Source: a virus
Taxonomy: Duplodnaviria; Heunggongvirae; Uroviricota; Caudoviricetes
Length of the DNA stretch: 33,386 bases
Direction: 5' to 3' (one strand)
IMG/VR virus record: IMGVR_UViG_3300031760_000012
Coordinates: 1-33,386 of that record
The notes below the pieces were generated by a model that was given only the letters and a program-made list of their open reading frames with translations, made no database searches and was not told where the DNA came from. Positions 17,710-27,241 of the stretch are shown one piece after another. The first letter of the stretch is position 1. The number at the start of each line of letters is the position of its first letter. Both the position numbers and the translations under genes were made by a program.

Positions 17710-18732
17710 ATGCCAGATATTAAGGACATTGCACAGGTAGCCATCGACGCATATCATGGAGTACCTAGAAAATACAGCGTTTCAGAATCTCAGGATACAC
17801 TGAGACAGGCGCTCATCGATCTGAATAACGGATCCACAAAATTAGATTATAAAGCAATCAGAGACGGCAAGTGCGCTGGTCTCTTTACTCTTCTGGAAGA
17901 AATCCTCGACGTAACTGTTGTCGAAGGTCTCCAGAGAAGTGACTTCTTCAACAACCTCGTTGATTTCAGAAATGTTGCCATGGGCGACAAGCCAATCTTC
18001 GAAGTAGAAGATTCCGACCTGTTCGTAGTAGACGAAGCTGCTGATGGTACTCAGGGTATCAGAAGACAAAGAATCGGCGGAATCTCCCAGACCAGCATTC
18101 CGACAACTCTGAAGGTTGTCAGAATCTACGAAGAGCTGAACAGAGTTCTGTCTGGTCAGATTGACTTCAATAAGATGATCGCAAAGGTATCTGAATCTTT
18201 CGAAAGAAAACTGATGAACGACATCTGGAACATCTGGGACAACGCAACTGCTGCTGACTTTGGCGGCGCAACTTACTTCCCTACTGCCGGCACATATGAT
18301 GAACAGAATCTGCTCGAACTGGTAGCACACGTTGAAGCTTCTGCTAATGGCAGGCCTGCAACTATTTTTGGTACTAAGGTTGGTATTCAGCATCTGATTC
18401 CTTCCATTAATACTCACCTGCCAGCAGATGAACTGTACAGAACTGGCTATGTAGGCAAGTTCTACGGAACTGATGTTGTTGGTATTCCGCAGCGTCATAA
18501 GGTTGGCACTACTCAGTTCCAGTTCGACGACAAGGAATTTGTCATCGTTGCTGGCGACCAGAAGCCGATCAAGTGCGTATACGAAGGTGGCACTACTATC
18601 ATCAACAGAGAGCCGACTATGAACAGAGATCTCACTTACGAGTATTTTGTAGCTTCTAAGTATGGTCTCGGTATTGTTCTCGCTGGCGGCAGTGCTGGTG
18701 TTGGTAAATACGAAGTAACATCTTGGGCATAA
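17710..18732 (+). CDS. Major capsid protein
   Basis: 340 aa, canonical position, strongly biased codon usage, GGAGGTGA RBS. Confidence 0.8.
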   Translation: MPDIKDIAQVAIDAYHGVPRKYSVSESQDTLRQALIDLNNGSTKLDYKAIRDGKCAGLFTLLEEILDVTVVEGLQRSDFFNNLVDFRNVAMGDKPIFEVEDSDLFVVDEAADGTQGIRRQRIGGISQTSIPTTLKVVRIYEELNRVLSGQIDFNKMIAKVSESFERKLMNDIWNIWDNATAADFGGATYFPTAGTYDEQNLLELVAHVEASANGRPATIFGTKVGIQHLIPSINTHLPADELYRTGYVGKFYGTDVVGIPQRHKVGTTQFQFDDKEFVIVAGDQKPIKCVYEGGTTIINREPTMNRDLTYEYFVASKYGLGIVLAGGSAGVGKYEVTSWA

Positions 18733-18742
18733 TGTATATATT

Positions 18743-18773
18743 GGGCTCAGCTGTCTGTGTGATGGCTGGGCTC
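18743..18773 (+). terminator. Hairpin after the capsid gene (weak terminator or processing site)
   Basis: 13-bp stem with several G.U pairs; poor U-tract. Confidence 0.35.
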
Positions 18774-18795
18774 ATTTGAAAGAAAGGATTTATAA

Positions 18796-19329
18796 ATGGA
18801 AAATGAAACGGTAAAAAAGACTACAACTAAGAGCAGCACAAAGAAAAAGGCAACGCCGCCAAAGAAGGAAAAGTTACGTGTGAAGATCGACCTCGATCCA
18901 AACATGTTGGTTCCTGTCAGAAACGGATTCGCCGGGAAGCTGTTTTACAGATCAAAGCGAACTGGAGAGGAATTCACATGGGAAGAATTCGGCGCAGAGC
19001 AGGATCTTGAACTTTCAGAACTGAAGAACGCGCGGAACTCATCGAAGGCATTCTTTGAGCGGAACTACTTCCTCATCGACGACCCAGAAGTAATCGAGTA
19101 TCTGAATGTTGGTCAGTACTACAAGAACGCGATTGATGTAGAAGATTTTGAAGATCTGTTTGATATGGATCCAGAAGAAATCAAAGCAAAGGTTAGTTCT
19201 CTGTCGAGTGGTCAAAAGAGCACTGTCAGATATAGAGCTAAACAACTGATCACCGACGGACGGATCGACTCACTAAAGGTTATCGATGCGCTTGAATCTG
19301 CGCTTGGTGTACAGTTGGTTGAAAGGTAA
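18796..19329 (+). CDS. Hypothetical virion-module protein
   Basis: 177 aa with AAAGGA RBS, in the structural operon. Confidence 0.7.
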   Translation: MENETVKKTTTKSSTKKKATPPKKEKLRVKIDLDPNMLVPVRNGFAGKLFYRSKRTGEEFTWEEFGAEQDLELSELKNARNSSKAFFERNYFLIDDPEVIEYLNVGQYYKNAIDVEDFEDLFDMDPEEIKAKVSSLSSGQKSTVRYRAKQLITDGRIDSLKVIDALESALGVQLVER

Positions 19330-19343
19330 GGCGGTGATACACG

Positions 19344-19790
19344 ATGGCTGTATCATACGATATCTTCACGGCTGCCTTTTTGAGCAAGATCGAGGATCGC
19401 GACCTGCTGCAGCTTTCTGAGTATGACGCGCAGGAAGAAGTCGACGGATACATGAAGCGTGCTTGTGCCCGGTTTAATAAGGTCTGCAAGTATGACCTGA
19501 CCGACCGCGATGATCGCACACGTGAATTCAACATCGACGTGCCGCCAGACGAGATAGATGATATTGTTGACATCGTCTCTGAAGGTATGGTCGTTCAGTG
19601 GTTGAAGCCGCACTTCTTCAAAGCGGAGCACTACAGAAATGTACTGAACACGCGAGATTTCACATCTTACTCTGAGGCAGAACTGTTATATAGAACAACA
19701 AACGCCTACCGGACGGCTAGGCAGCGTTTTATTTTTATGATTAGACAATACTCATACGATTACGGAGACTTAACTGACTTATGGATGTAA
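19344..19790 (+). CDS. Putative head-tail connector/adaptor
   Basis: 148 aa; position after capsid; GGTGA RBS. Confidence 0.55.
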   Translation: MAVSYDIFTAAFLSKIEDRDLLQLSEYDAQEEVDGYMKRACARFNKVCKYDLTDRDDRTREFNIDVPPDEIDDIVDIVSEGMVVQWLKPHFFKAEHYRNVLNTRDFTSYSEAELLYRTTNAYRTARQRFIFMIRQYSYDYGDLTDLWM

Positions 19791-20098
19791 TAACGGATAG
19801 AATGGTAGACAATTACTTATCCGGGCTGGTCAATAAGTTTTTCAAAATACTACCAATGAAGGAAACGGGAGAACCGAGTCTGAATGAGTATATGTCGAGT
19901 TTAAAGATCGAGCTGTCAGGGTGCAAGGATATTGTAGCCAAGCTCGATGATGATGCGATGTGGCTGACGCTCATCTCGATCCTGCAATACATGACAGAGA
20001 ACGAGTGTGATGTAAAAGTTGTCAAGCGAGAAGTTTTTAAGGCAATATCGCTCTGCAAAAAGATGCGTGCCACATACGCAGAAAAAGAAGGAGCATGA
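19781..20098 (+). CDS. Hypothetical protein
   Basis: 105 aa, overlaps the upstream stop. Confidence 0.65.
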   Translation: MDVITDRMVDNYLSGLVNKFFKILPMKETGEPSLNEYMSSLKIELSGCKDIVAKLDDDAMWLTLISILQYMTENECDVKVVKREVFKAISLCKKMRATYAEKEGA

Positions 20099-20099
20099 C

Positions 20100-20900
20100 A
20101 TGGGAGCATGGGATCGCTACCGAGCCCGTCTTAGTGTTGATGGAGCAGTTGAGCGACAACATCAACTGCGTAGGACCCAGGATGCCATTGCTCGCGGGCT
20201 CACAAAAAATTTGTCGTATCAACATGTGCTGGTGAACAACAAAGATCAGGATGTCGCGATCATCGATACGACGAGATATGATGAAAAGAAAATTTGCTCT
20301 CTCCCCGGAGAGAGTTTAGAACACGGCGGACTTGTCTCATGGGCTGACTCGCACTGGTTGATCACTGAGATCGACGCACACGACGAAGTCTATACGAGAG
20401 GCAAGATCGTAAGATGTAACTATAAACTGAAATGGATCGACCCTGAAGGAAATATTATCAGCAAATGGGTTATCGTTGTTGACGGCACGAAGTATCTGAT
20501 CGGTGAGCGATCGGAAGATATCATCACAGTTGGCGACGCGCGAATCGCTGTCACTGTCGGCAAGGACAAAGATACGAATAAGCTCGTGCGTGGCATGCGC
20601 TTCCTGATTGACGACATGGATACGACGGATGTACTCGCGTACAAAATATCGAAGCCAAATAAGCTGTTCAATGTATATGACGGCAAAGGTGTTTTCCGAT
20701 TCATCATGAACGAAGTTAACGTGACCGATAACGACAACATCGAGAAGCGTATTGCTGATTACTATAGCTGGTATCCGAAGGTAGAATTGCCGGAACCAGA
20801 CACACGTACCGGCGAGCCATTTGGCGACATCAAAGAACGAGCAGAAGAAATGGAAGAAACGAAGGAAGAGCGGATAGAAGGGACTAAAAGGTGGTTGTAG
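20100..20900 (+). CDS. Putative head-closure/neck protein
   Basis: AAGGAG RBS before ATG at 20100; beta-rich ...GKIVRCNYKLKW...; position. Confidence 0.55.
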   Translation: MGAWDRYRARLSVDGAVERQHQLRRTQDAIARGLTKNLSYQHVLVNNKDQDVAIIDTTRYDEKKICSLPGESLEHGGLVSWADSHWLITEIDAHDEVYTRGKIVRCNYKLKWIDPEGNIISKWVIVVDGTKYLIGERSEDIITVGDARIAVTVGKDKDTNKLVRGMRFLIDDMDTTDVLAYKISKPNKLFNVYDGKGVFRFIMNEVNVTDNDNIEKRIADYYSWYPKVELPEPDTRTGEPFGDIKERAEEMEETKEERIEGTKRWL

Positions 20901-21407
20901 ATGCTATTAGACGATTTGTACGATTATAAAAATCAGCTGATGAGGGACTTTTGCGAGAACGAGGAAATCGTTCGATTGGTAACAAAGAGCAGCGATGCTC
21001 CGGTCCCGAATTATGATTTACCATACAGGCAGATTTTCCCATACGAATACATTCCAGAGACAGTCGACGACGCGAAGTCGTTCATCTGTTTTGATGTGGA
21101 TGTAACGTATGTTCCGAATAAGACGATATACATACCGGCGATCTATGTGTGGGTTTTTACTCACACGAGCAATTTGCGCATGCCGGATGGAAGCGGTATT
21201 CGTATCGACCGACTAGCATCTGCTGTGGATCATGTTCTTAACGGCAGTAGAATTTATGGAATGGGAGAACTCGAGCTGAATACAGTGACGAGATTCGCCC
21301 CGATCCAGAATTACCTCGGGCACGTATTAGCATACACAGCCAGAGAATGGAATCGTACTGCGGCGAACAGGAAAGCCACACCGCGCAACCGCAAAAATCA
21401 TGACTAA
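20901..21407 (+). CDS. Putative tail terminator/completion protein
   Basis: 168 aa, abuts the previous stop; IYVWVFTH...RIDRLASAVDHVLNG; position. Confidence 0.5.
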   Translation: MLLDDLYDYKNQLMRDFCENEEIVRLVTKSSDAPVPNYDLPYRQIFPYEYIPETVDDAKSFICFDVDVTYVPNKTIYIPAIYVWVFTHTSNLRMPDGSGIRIDRLASAVDHVLNGSRIYGMGELELNTVTRFAPIQNYLGHVLAYTAREWNRTAANRKATPRNRKNHD

Positions 21408-22110
21408 TTTATTGTACTCTGATCATATCAAGGTCGACGATGAGATCACACTGACTATCCCAACTGTCGGCGAAGTGATCAAGAGCGACGGATTGTATGA
21501 TGCTATAGTTTCAACATTTACCGCTACCCCTCGTGATCTTATGGTCGAACTGGACGATCTCGGAATTGACTACAACGAGATTGAAGAGTACGACCTATTT
21601 TTGATGCTATCTCAGTCATTAAAGACTATGGACACATCTATTCTTTTTGGCGGTCTAAACTTTTCACAGTATAACATTGCTGAATCTCCTAGTGGAGAAA
21701 TTATCTTACTGAACGAGGACACTGGTAACTATATTGACAAATTTAAATACATGTATCTGTGCGATACATTATGCAAGATCAATTTCATAACCAGAAACAA
21801 TAAAAAAGCAGGCAATAACGCTGCGAAAAGTTACCTCATACAAAAGGAACGAAGGAAGAAGAAAAGGGCGAAAAGGAAAGCAAAGAAACAGGAGAATCCG
21901 ATCAACGGACTAATCATTTCTTTGGTAAACACAGCTGAATTCAAGTACGATTATTCAACAGTACTTGATCTCACTATATATCAATTCAACGCGAGCTTAC
22001 ACCAGATCATCGACAAGGTCAACTTCGACAAGCTGATGATCGGCGTATATGCGGGGACAGTCGACACGAAAGGCATGAGTCCAAAACGCTTGAGTTGGAT
22101 CAAACAATAA
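21400..22110 (+). CDS. Hypothetical tail-module protein
   Basis: 236 aa, overlaps the upstream gene. Confidence 0.65.
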   Translation: MTNLLYSDHIKVDDEITLTIPTVGEVIKSDGLYDAIVSTFTATPRDLMVELDDLGIDYNEIEEYDLFLMLSQSLKTMDTSILFGGLNFSQYNIAESPSGEIILLNEDTGNYIDKFKYMYLCDTLCKINFITRNNKKAGNNAAKSYLIQKERRKKKRAKRKAKKQENPINGLIISLVNTAEFKYDYSTVLDLTIYQFNASLHQIIDKVNFDKLMIGVYAGTVDTKGMSPKRLSWIKQ

Positions 22111-22122
22111 GGAGGAATTAAT

Positions 22123-22917
22123 ATGGCAGTTTCCACAAACGACATTATTGTAACGTCTCTGGATTCCATCACAGCCTTCGATATCACAACCAATGATTAC
22201 CTTTTCACTCTGGACGAACTTCAGTCCGCAACTGTATCTCAGTCTGAAGATACTACGGAAATCACTGGTAGACAGGGTCGGAGACTTTCAACTCTGAAGA
22301 CTAATAAGTCCATCGAGGTAACCGGAACAAACGGTCTTATCTCTGGCGGTCTGATGGAACTTCAGACTGGTTCTGAATTCGTACACAACGATTCCGCACT
22401 GGTTCTTAAAGGCGAAAGACTGACTGTTGAGTCAAATACAGCTACTACTTCTGATGTAGCTGTTGGTACAGCTGGTAACGAAATCTACAAGGTATACGTT
22501 GTAGAAGATCAGGGATTTGGTGATACTTACACTCAAGATTCTGCGACAGGTTCTAAGAAATTCACTTACGACACACAGACAAAGGCTATCACCTTCTCCA
22601 GCACTGATGGAGCGGCTCTTGAAGGCAAGACCATCCTCGTTTACTACAAGGCTGAAGTTAGCGGCGACGAACTGAAGAACGACGCTGGTAAGTACGCTAA
22701 GAAGGCGGCTCTGTACATTGATGCAACTGGTGAAGATACTTGTGCAAACGAATATCACATCCAGTTCTACATTCCAAAGGCTGACTTCGACGGTACATTC
22801 GATATCCAGATGGGTGACGATCAGGCTGTACACGAATTTACAGCAAGCTCACTGGCTGGTGCATGTGGTGCCGAAGGCGAATCTTATCTGTTCACTTACA
22901 CAGTATTCCAGGACTAA
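22123..22917 (+). CDS. Major tail (tube) protein
   Basis: 264 aa, Thr/Ser/Gly-rich beta protein, strong AAGGAGG RBS, high-expression codons, upstream of TMP. Confidence 0.7.
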   Translation: MAVSTNDIIVTSLDSITAFDITTNDYLFTLDELQSATVSQSEDTTEITGRQGRRLSTLKTNKSIEVTGTNGLISGGLMELQTGSEFVHNDSALVLKGERLTVESNTATTSDVAVGTAGNEIYKVYVVEDQGFGDTYTQDSATGSKKFTYDTQTKAITFSSTDGAALEGKTILVYYKAEVSGDELKNDAGKYAKKAALYIDATGEDTCANEYHIQFYIPKADFDGTFDIQMGDDQAVHEFTASSLAGACGAEGESYLFTYTVFQD

Positions 22918-22928
22918 TTTATTGAGGG

Positions 22929-23195
22929 GTGATACCAATGCCAAAGGCAACAAAAGAATGCAGGGTATGCGGAAAGACATATGTTGCATGTAATACCAAC
23001 CGGCATTTCGACGGCAGTTTCCATTGGCGCGAAGTGGCGTGCTCCCCTGAATGCGGACAGGAGTATCTGAGAAAAGTTACAGAATCTCGTATGGAACCAC
23101 AGACAGAACCGGAAGTCATCGAAGAAGAACCTGAGCTTATTGAAGAAGAGCCAGAGGATGAACCGAACATGATGTCGTTCTTTTACGAAGACTAA
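22929..23195 (+). CDS. Small Zn-finger protein with acidic tail
   Basis: CRVCG...C...CSPECG followed by an EEEPE-rich C-terminus. Confidence 0.7.
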   Translation: MIPMPKATKECRVCGKTYVACNTNRHFDGSFHWREVACSPECGQEYLRKVTESRMEPQTEPEVIEEEPELIEEEPEDEPNMMSFFYED

Positions 23196-23201
23196 CTCAT
23201 T

Positions 23202-23235
23202 GGGGAGGGAGGGTATACTCTCTCCCCTTTTTTTT
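23202..23235 (+). terminator. Rho-independent terminator
   Basis: GGGGAGGGAG stem with CTCTCTCCCC followed by 8 T. Confidence 0.85.
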
Positions 23236-23324
23236 AACGCAGAGCCCGGAAAGACCCGGATATAAGATGATGGTGTAGTCGCCCATCCTGCGTGACCAAC
23301 TCAGGAGAAAAGGGGTTGATTTAA

Positions 23325-23915
23325 TTGAGAATATTATCGATGGACCAAGCGCGCAAAGGAGCATGGGCTGTGTACGACTCGAAGAAAAAAGAGTTGCTTC
23401 ATTACGGAACGTACGACTTTGAGTATGAGCGCGAGCAGGTCAAAAAGAAGGACGGCTCGTACAAGACGCGACGTATTAAAAAATACGAATATGAAGAGTC
23501 GATCGTTCTTGTCGAGAAGTTACTCATGGAACTCATCAGAAAATACAGCATAAAGATGGTGTTTCTCGAGGACGTACCGATAACAAGGAACAGCATGGCG
23601 ATCAAGCCGCTGTTGCGATTGCAGGGTGCGCTCATCGCGTATTTGGCAAAGCGAAGTATTCCGCATGAGCTGATTATGCCGCGAACGTGGCAGGCAGCGT
23701 ACAAATATAAAGACAAGGAGCTTACAAAAGCTCAGAAAACATATAAAAAATATTTAAACGAGACATCACCGTATAAGAGTCTTAGACAAACCAAACGAGA
23801 TTCTCTTTTGGCGGTAAAGAAAATATTTAACATGGAACTCGACAATGATGATTTGGCGGATGCAATTCTGATAGGACATTACGCCGTAAATCACATGGAC
23901 GAAAGGAGCAAATAA
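23325..23915 (+). CDS. ruvC: RuvC-like Holliday junction resolvase
   Basis: MRILSMDQ (D), VFLED (E), NDDLADAILIG (DxxDA) RNase H-fold pattern. Confidence 0.75.
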   Translation: MRILSMDQARKGAWAVYDSKKKELLHYGTYDFEYEREQVKKKDGSYKTRRIKKYEYEESIVLVEKLLMELIRKYSIKMVFLEDVPITRNSMAIKPLLRLQGALIAYLAKRSIPHELIMPRTWQAAYKYKDKELTKAQKTYKKYLNETSPYKSLRQTKRDSLLAVKKIFNMELDNDDLADAILIGHYAVNHMDERSK

Positions 23916-23916
23916 T

Positions 23917-24519
23917 ATGGCAAAGGCAAAGGTGAAAGCAACATCAATTACAAAGTGGGAAAAGATGATCGCAGATCAGGATCAGACAGTTACACTCACT
24001 GCGAACGGAGAAGAATTCGAGATCACTGTCTCCCCTACTCTTTCATGGGAAGAAGCAGGAACAATGGTGAACTATGTAGTCGCTATTGTATTCGACGAGC
24101 AGACTGGCGAATACCACCCGGAAGTCAAAGACGCACTGATCCGTTCACAGGTTCTTGAGCGTTATGCACACTTCAATATGCCGAAGTCGTTCGACAAAAT
24201 GTACCACTTGGTATACGCAACTGACGCATACGATTTCGTCAGTCAGGTAATTAATCAGGCACAGCTGGATCAGATCAAGGCGGCGATTGACGAAGCGTTA
24301 GATTATAGACTCAACATTCTCGCTAGCGGCGTTCAGGCAGAGATTCAGAAAATCATGGATTCCTTCGATGCGTTTAATGAAAACGCAGAGAGTATGTTTT
24401 CAAAAGTGAATCCTGATGAATTGAGTTCTTTCGTAAAGAATGTTGCAGAGATGCCGGGTTCGCTGGACGAAGAGAAAGTTGTTAGTCTGGTTCATGCCGC
24501 CAATATGAAAGAGGAATGA
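23917..24519 (+). CDS. Hypothetical protein, possibly tail assembly chaperone
   Basis: 200 aa helical, AAAGGAG RBS, upstream of TMP. Confidence 0.6.
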   Translation: MAKAKVKATSITKWEKMIADQDQTVTLTANGEEFEITVSPTLSWEEAGTMVNYVVAIVFDEQTGEYHPEVKDALIRSQVLERYAHFNMPKSFDKMYHLVYATDAYDFVSQVINQAQLDQIKAAIDEALDYRLNILASGVQAEIQKIMDSFDAFNENAESMFSKVNPDELSSFVKNVAEMPGSLDEEKVVSLVHAANMKEE

Positions 24520-24520
24520 T

Positions 24521-25054
24521 ATGGCGAAATCACTCGATGCGGTAATCAGGACAGCTCTGGAAAAGAAGATCGGGGAAAAGGTGTGGAAAGTTCTAAAAGA
24601 CCACATAGAGAAAGACGTGTATGCGGCTTACAAACCAGAAGGTGAGTGGGTTTGGGGAACTAAACAAGATAGTCTTCACGATGGTTATCAAAGACGACGT
24701 GAAAAAGGTCTCCTCAATGAAGCAGACAAATATATCGATGTCGATTATAACGCAGGAACAGATGTATGGAGACTGCGAGTGTCGACAAATGCACAGCCAT
24801 CTGAATCTGTACTTAGACAGTCGTGGAAGCCATACGTTGGTGGATTTCTTAGGTTGCTCGAGGAGGGTAACCTTGGATTTTGGTCTAAGTCTTTCGATAA
24901 TTGGTATCACATGAGCAGAGTTACTCATCCGTTCCCGAGGCCAGTCATCACCAATGCGCAGGAAGAAGCTAATCAAAATAGGAATAAATACGAAGCGGAA
25001 TTGTATGCCGCGATAAACAAAGCTATATCAGGTAGAAGTCGTGGCAGTAAGTAG
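24521..25054 (+). CDS. Hypothetical protein (possible tail/neck component)
   Basis: 177 aa; ...DVYAAYKP...YQRR...; directly before TMP. Confidence 0.55.
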   Translation: MAKSLDAVIRTALEKKIGEKVWKVLKDHIEKDVYAAYKPEGEWVWGTKQDSLHDGYQRRREKGLLNEADKYIDVDYNAGTDVWRLRVSTNAQPSESVLRQSWKPYVGGFLRLLEEGNLGFWSKSFDNWYHMSRVTHPFPRPVITNAQEEANQNRNKYEAELYAAINKAISGRSRGSK

Positions 25055-25099
25055 TCATGTGGCTCTGTCACTTATTGCCAGTAAGGAAGGTGAAGGTGA

Positions 25100-27241
25100 A
25101 TGAGCGACAAGTTTGACGGTATTATACTCGATTTTAAAGTTGATAAAAAAAGTATAACCGGTATAAGAAAGCAAATAAAAGAAGGACTTGAAAATAAACC
25201 GATCGACCTATCTAGTTTTAATGTGACTACAAAAGGCATCGGGACAATCAAGAGTAGCATCAATAAGGCGCTTGCAAAAGATGCATTAAATATTAATTAT
25301 ATAAATGCTACTGTAGAAGGTGTCAGGAGACTTAAGTCTAGTATTAACGAGAAACTAAAGAAGGATCCTATTAAGATTGGTGCGATTACACCAGACAAGA
25401 TTGACCTTAAAAATGTAATCATAACCAACACAAATACACTACGGAAGCAGGTTGCCGAAGCTATTAGTGCTGGCGGTTATACTCTGAAAATTACAAAAGT
25501 TGACGCGTCTGCGGCAATCAAAGATGTACAGGCGCAACTGAGAGCGGCTCTGCAGGAAGGTGGCTTTGTTGGAAAGAAGACTCCTGTCCAGCAGACTGTT
25601 TCTGATTATAAGGCAATCGCTGAAGCTAAGCAAGCAACTGCTGTAAAACAAGCTCGGACGAAGTATCTGAAGGATATGGAGAAGGAGCTGAATCGCATAT
25701 CTGCGTCAGCAGGCAACAAAGGACTGCTCGGACGGAGTGACGCGATAGCTGCGAAGATCAAGCAGATCGGCGGGCATATCAATTACGTCACAAAGAACAT
25801 GGAAGCGTTCGACTCGATCACCAGAGATGTTGAGAAAGAGATCGGCGAACTAAACGCCATGATCGCCAAAACGAACGTCCCTGCGATCCAGAATCTTGCG
25901 AAGAGCGCTACTAATTCGAATAATCAGATCTCGTCGAAGAGCAACGCGATCACGGATACCGCGACCCTGTCGAAGCTTCAGGGGGCATGGCGCGAGATTC
26001 AGAATCAGATTAAGATCGCGACGGATGAGGTAATCACATTCGGTGAGTCACATGCGTTGAAGAACTCGATCCCTGAGCTGGAGAAGATGGTCACGAAGTA
26101 CAACGAAGTAGTCGCATTGCTCAAAGAGCTGAAAGGTTTCGGGATATCGCCACAGATGAACGACGCGTCAGCAACTCCTCTTGGATTTTTCGACGTAGAC
26201 GCGATGAAGGCTCAGGTCGACGAAGCAAAGAATGTAGCCGAGTCGATGAAAAACATCAACAAGGTTATGGGGACCGCTTCAAAGGTTGGCGGCACAAAGA
26301 GTCTTATCGACAGTGAACAGTACGCGACTATAGAAGCGCATTACGAGAAGATCATCGCGCTGGAAGAAGAGTACAAGGCAGCTGCGTCTCCAGCCGCCAG
26401 AACGAGAATTGCAGAAGCGATTAATAAAGAATGTGCTGCGCTGGAGCGAGAGGTTGTTGCTACGCAGAAACTTGTTGCAGAGCAGAACAGGCTTACCAGA
26501 AGGACAAAGACTGAAGCAGAGAATAGTGCGAAACCGGCTGATCCTGTAGCTATGCGTAATCTGGCTGGACAGATGCAGGGTTGGCTGAATGCGAACAGTC
26601 AGGCAGGTGCTGATAGTAGGACGAGCGGATATTACAAGACTGTTGAGACTGAATTCAATAGACTGAACAGCGCGATAAAGACCAACTCGGAAATAACCAA
26701 AGGCAAGCTTAAAGAGACTTCTACTGCGTTTAAGCAGGCGAGTCTGTCGGTTAAGCAGTTCGGTGTTTCTGGTCAGACGATGTTTGAGCGGTTCACGAAG
26801 GGTTTCGAGAAATTCGGCGGATGGATGTTGATCACGTCTGTGCTGATGGAAGGCATAACTGTGATTCACACCATGGTTGATAATGTCGTGAATCTGGACT
26901 CCGCAATGACTCAACTCAGAAAAGTCACCGACGAGACAAAAACGACCTATGATCAGTTCTACGATGTGGCGGTACAACGGTCAAAAGAGATCGGCGCCAC
27001 AGTGAGCGAAATGATAAATGCGACTGCTGATTTCGCAAGGCTTGGATATAGCATCTCAGATGCTGAAGGTCTGGCTGAAGTTGCAAACATTTATATGCAT
27101 GTAGGGGACAATATAAGCTCTATTGACGACGCGTCGCAGAGCATTATATCTACGCTCAAAGCGTTTTATAACACTAGTGAAGATGGCATAAATCAAGTTC
27201 AAGCTGCAACACATATAGTTGATAGCTTTAACGAAGTCGGT
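25100..27241 (+). CDS. Tape measure protein, exon 1 (714 codons)
   Basis: Long Ala/Lys-rich helical ORF ending in a TP901-like core (LDSAMTQLRKVT...ATADFARLGYS...IVDSFNEVG). Confidence 0.88.

Noticed and set aside
23917-25054. Programmed -1 frameshift in a tail chaperone pair
   Set aside because: No convincing slippery heptamer near the 3' end of 23917..24519, and the next gene has its own RBS.
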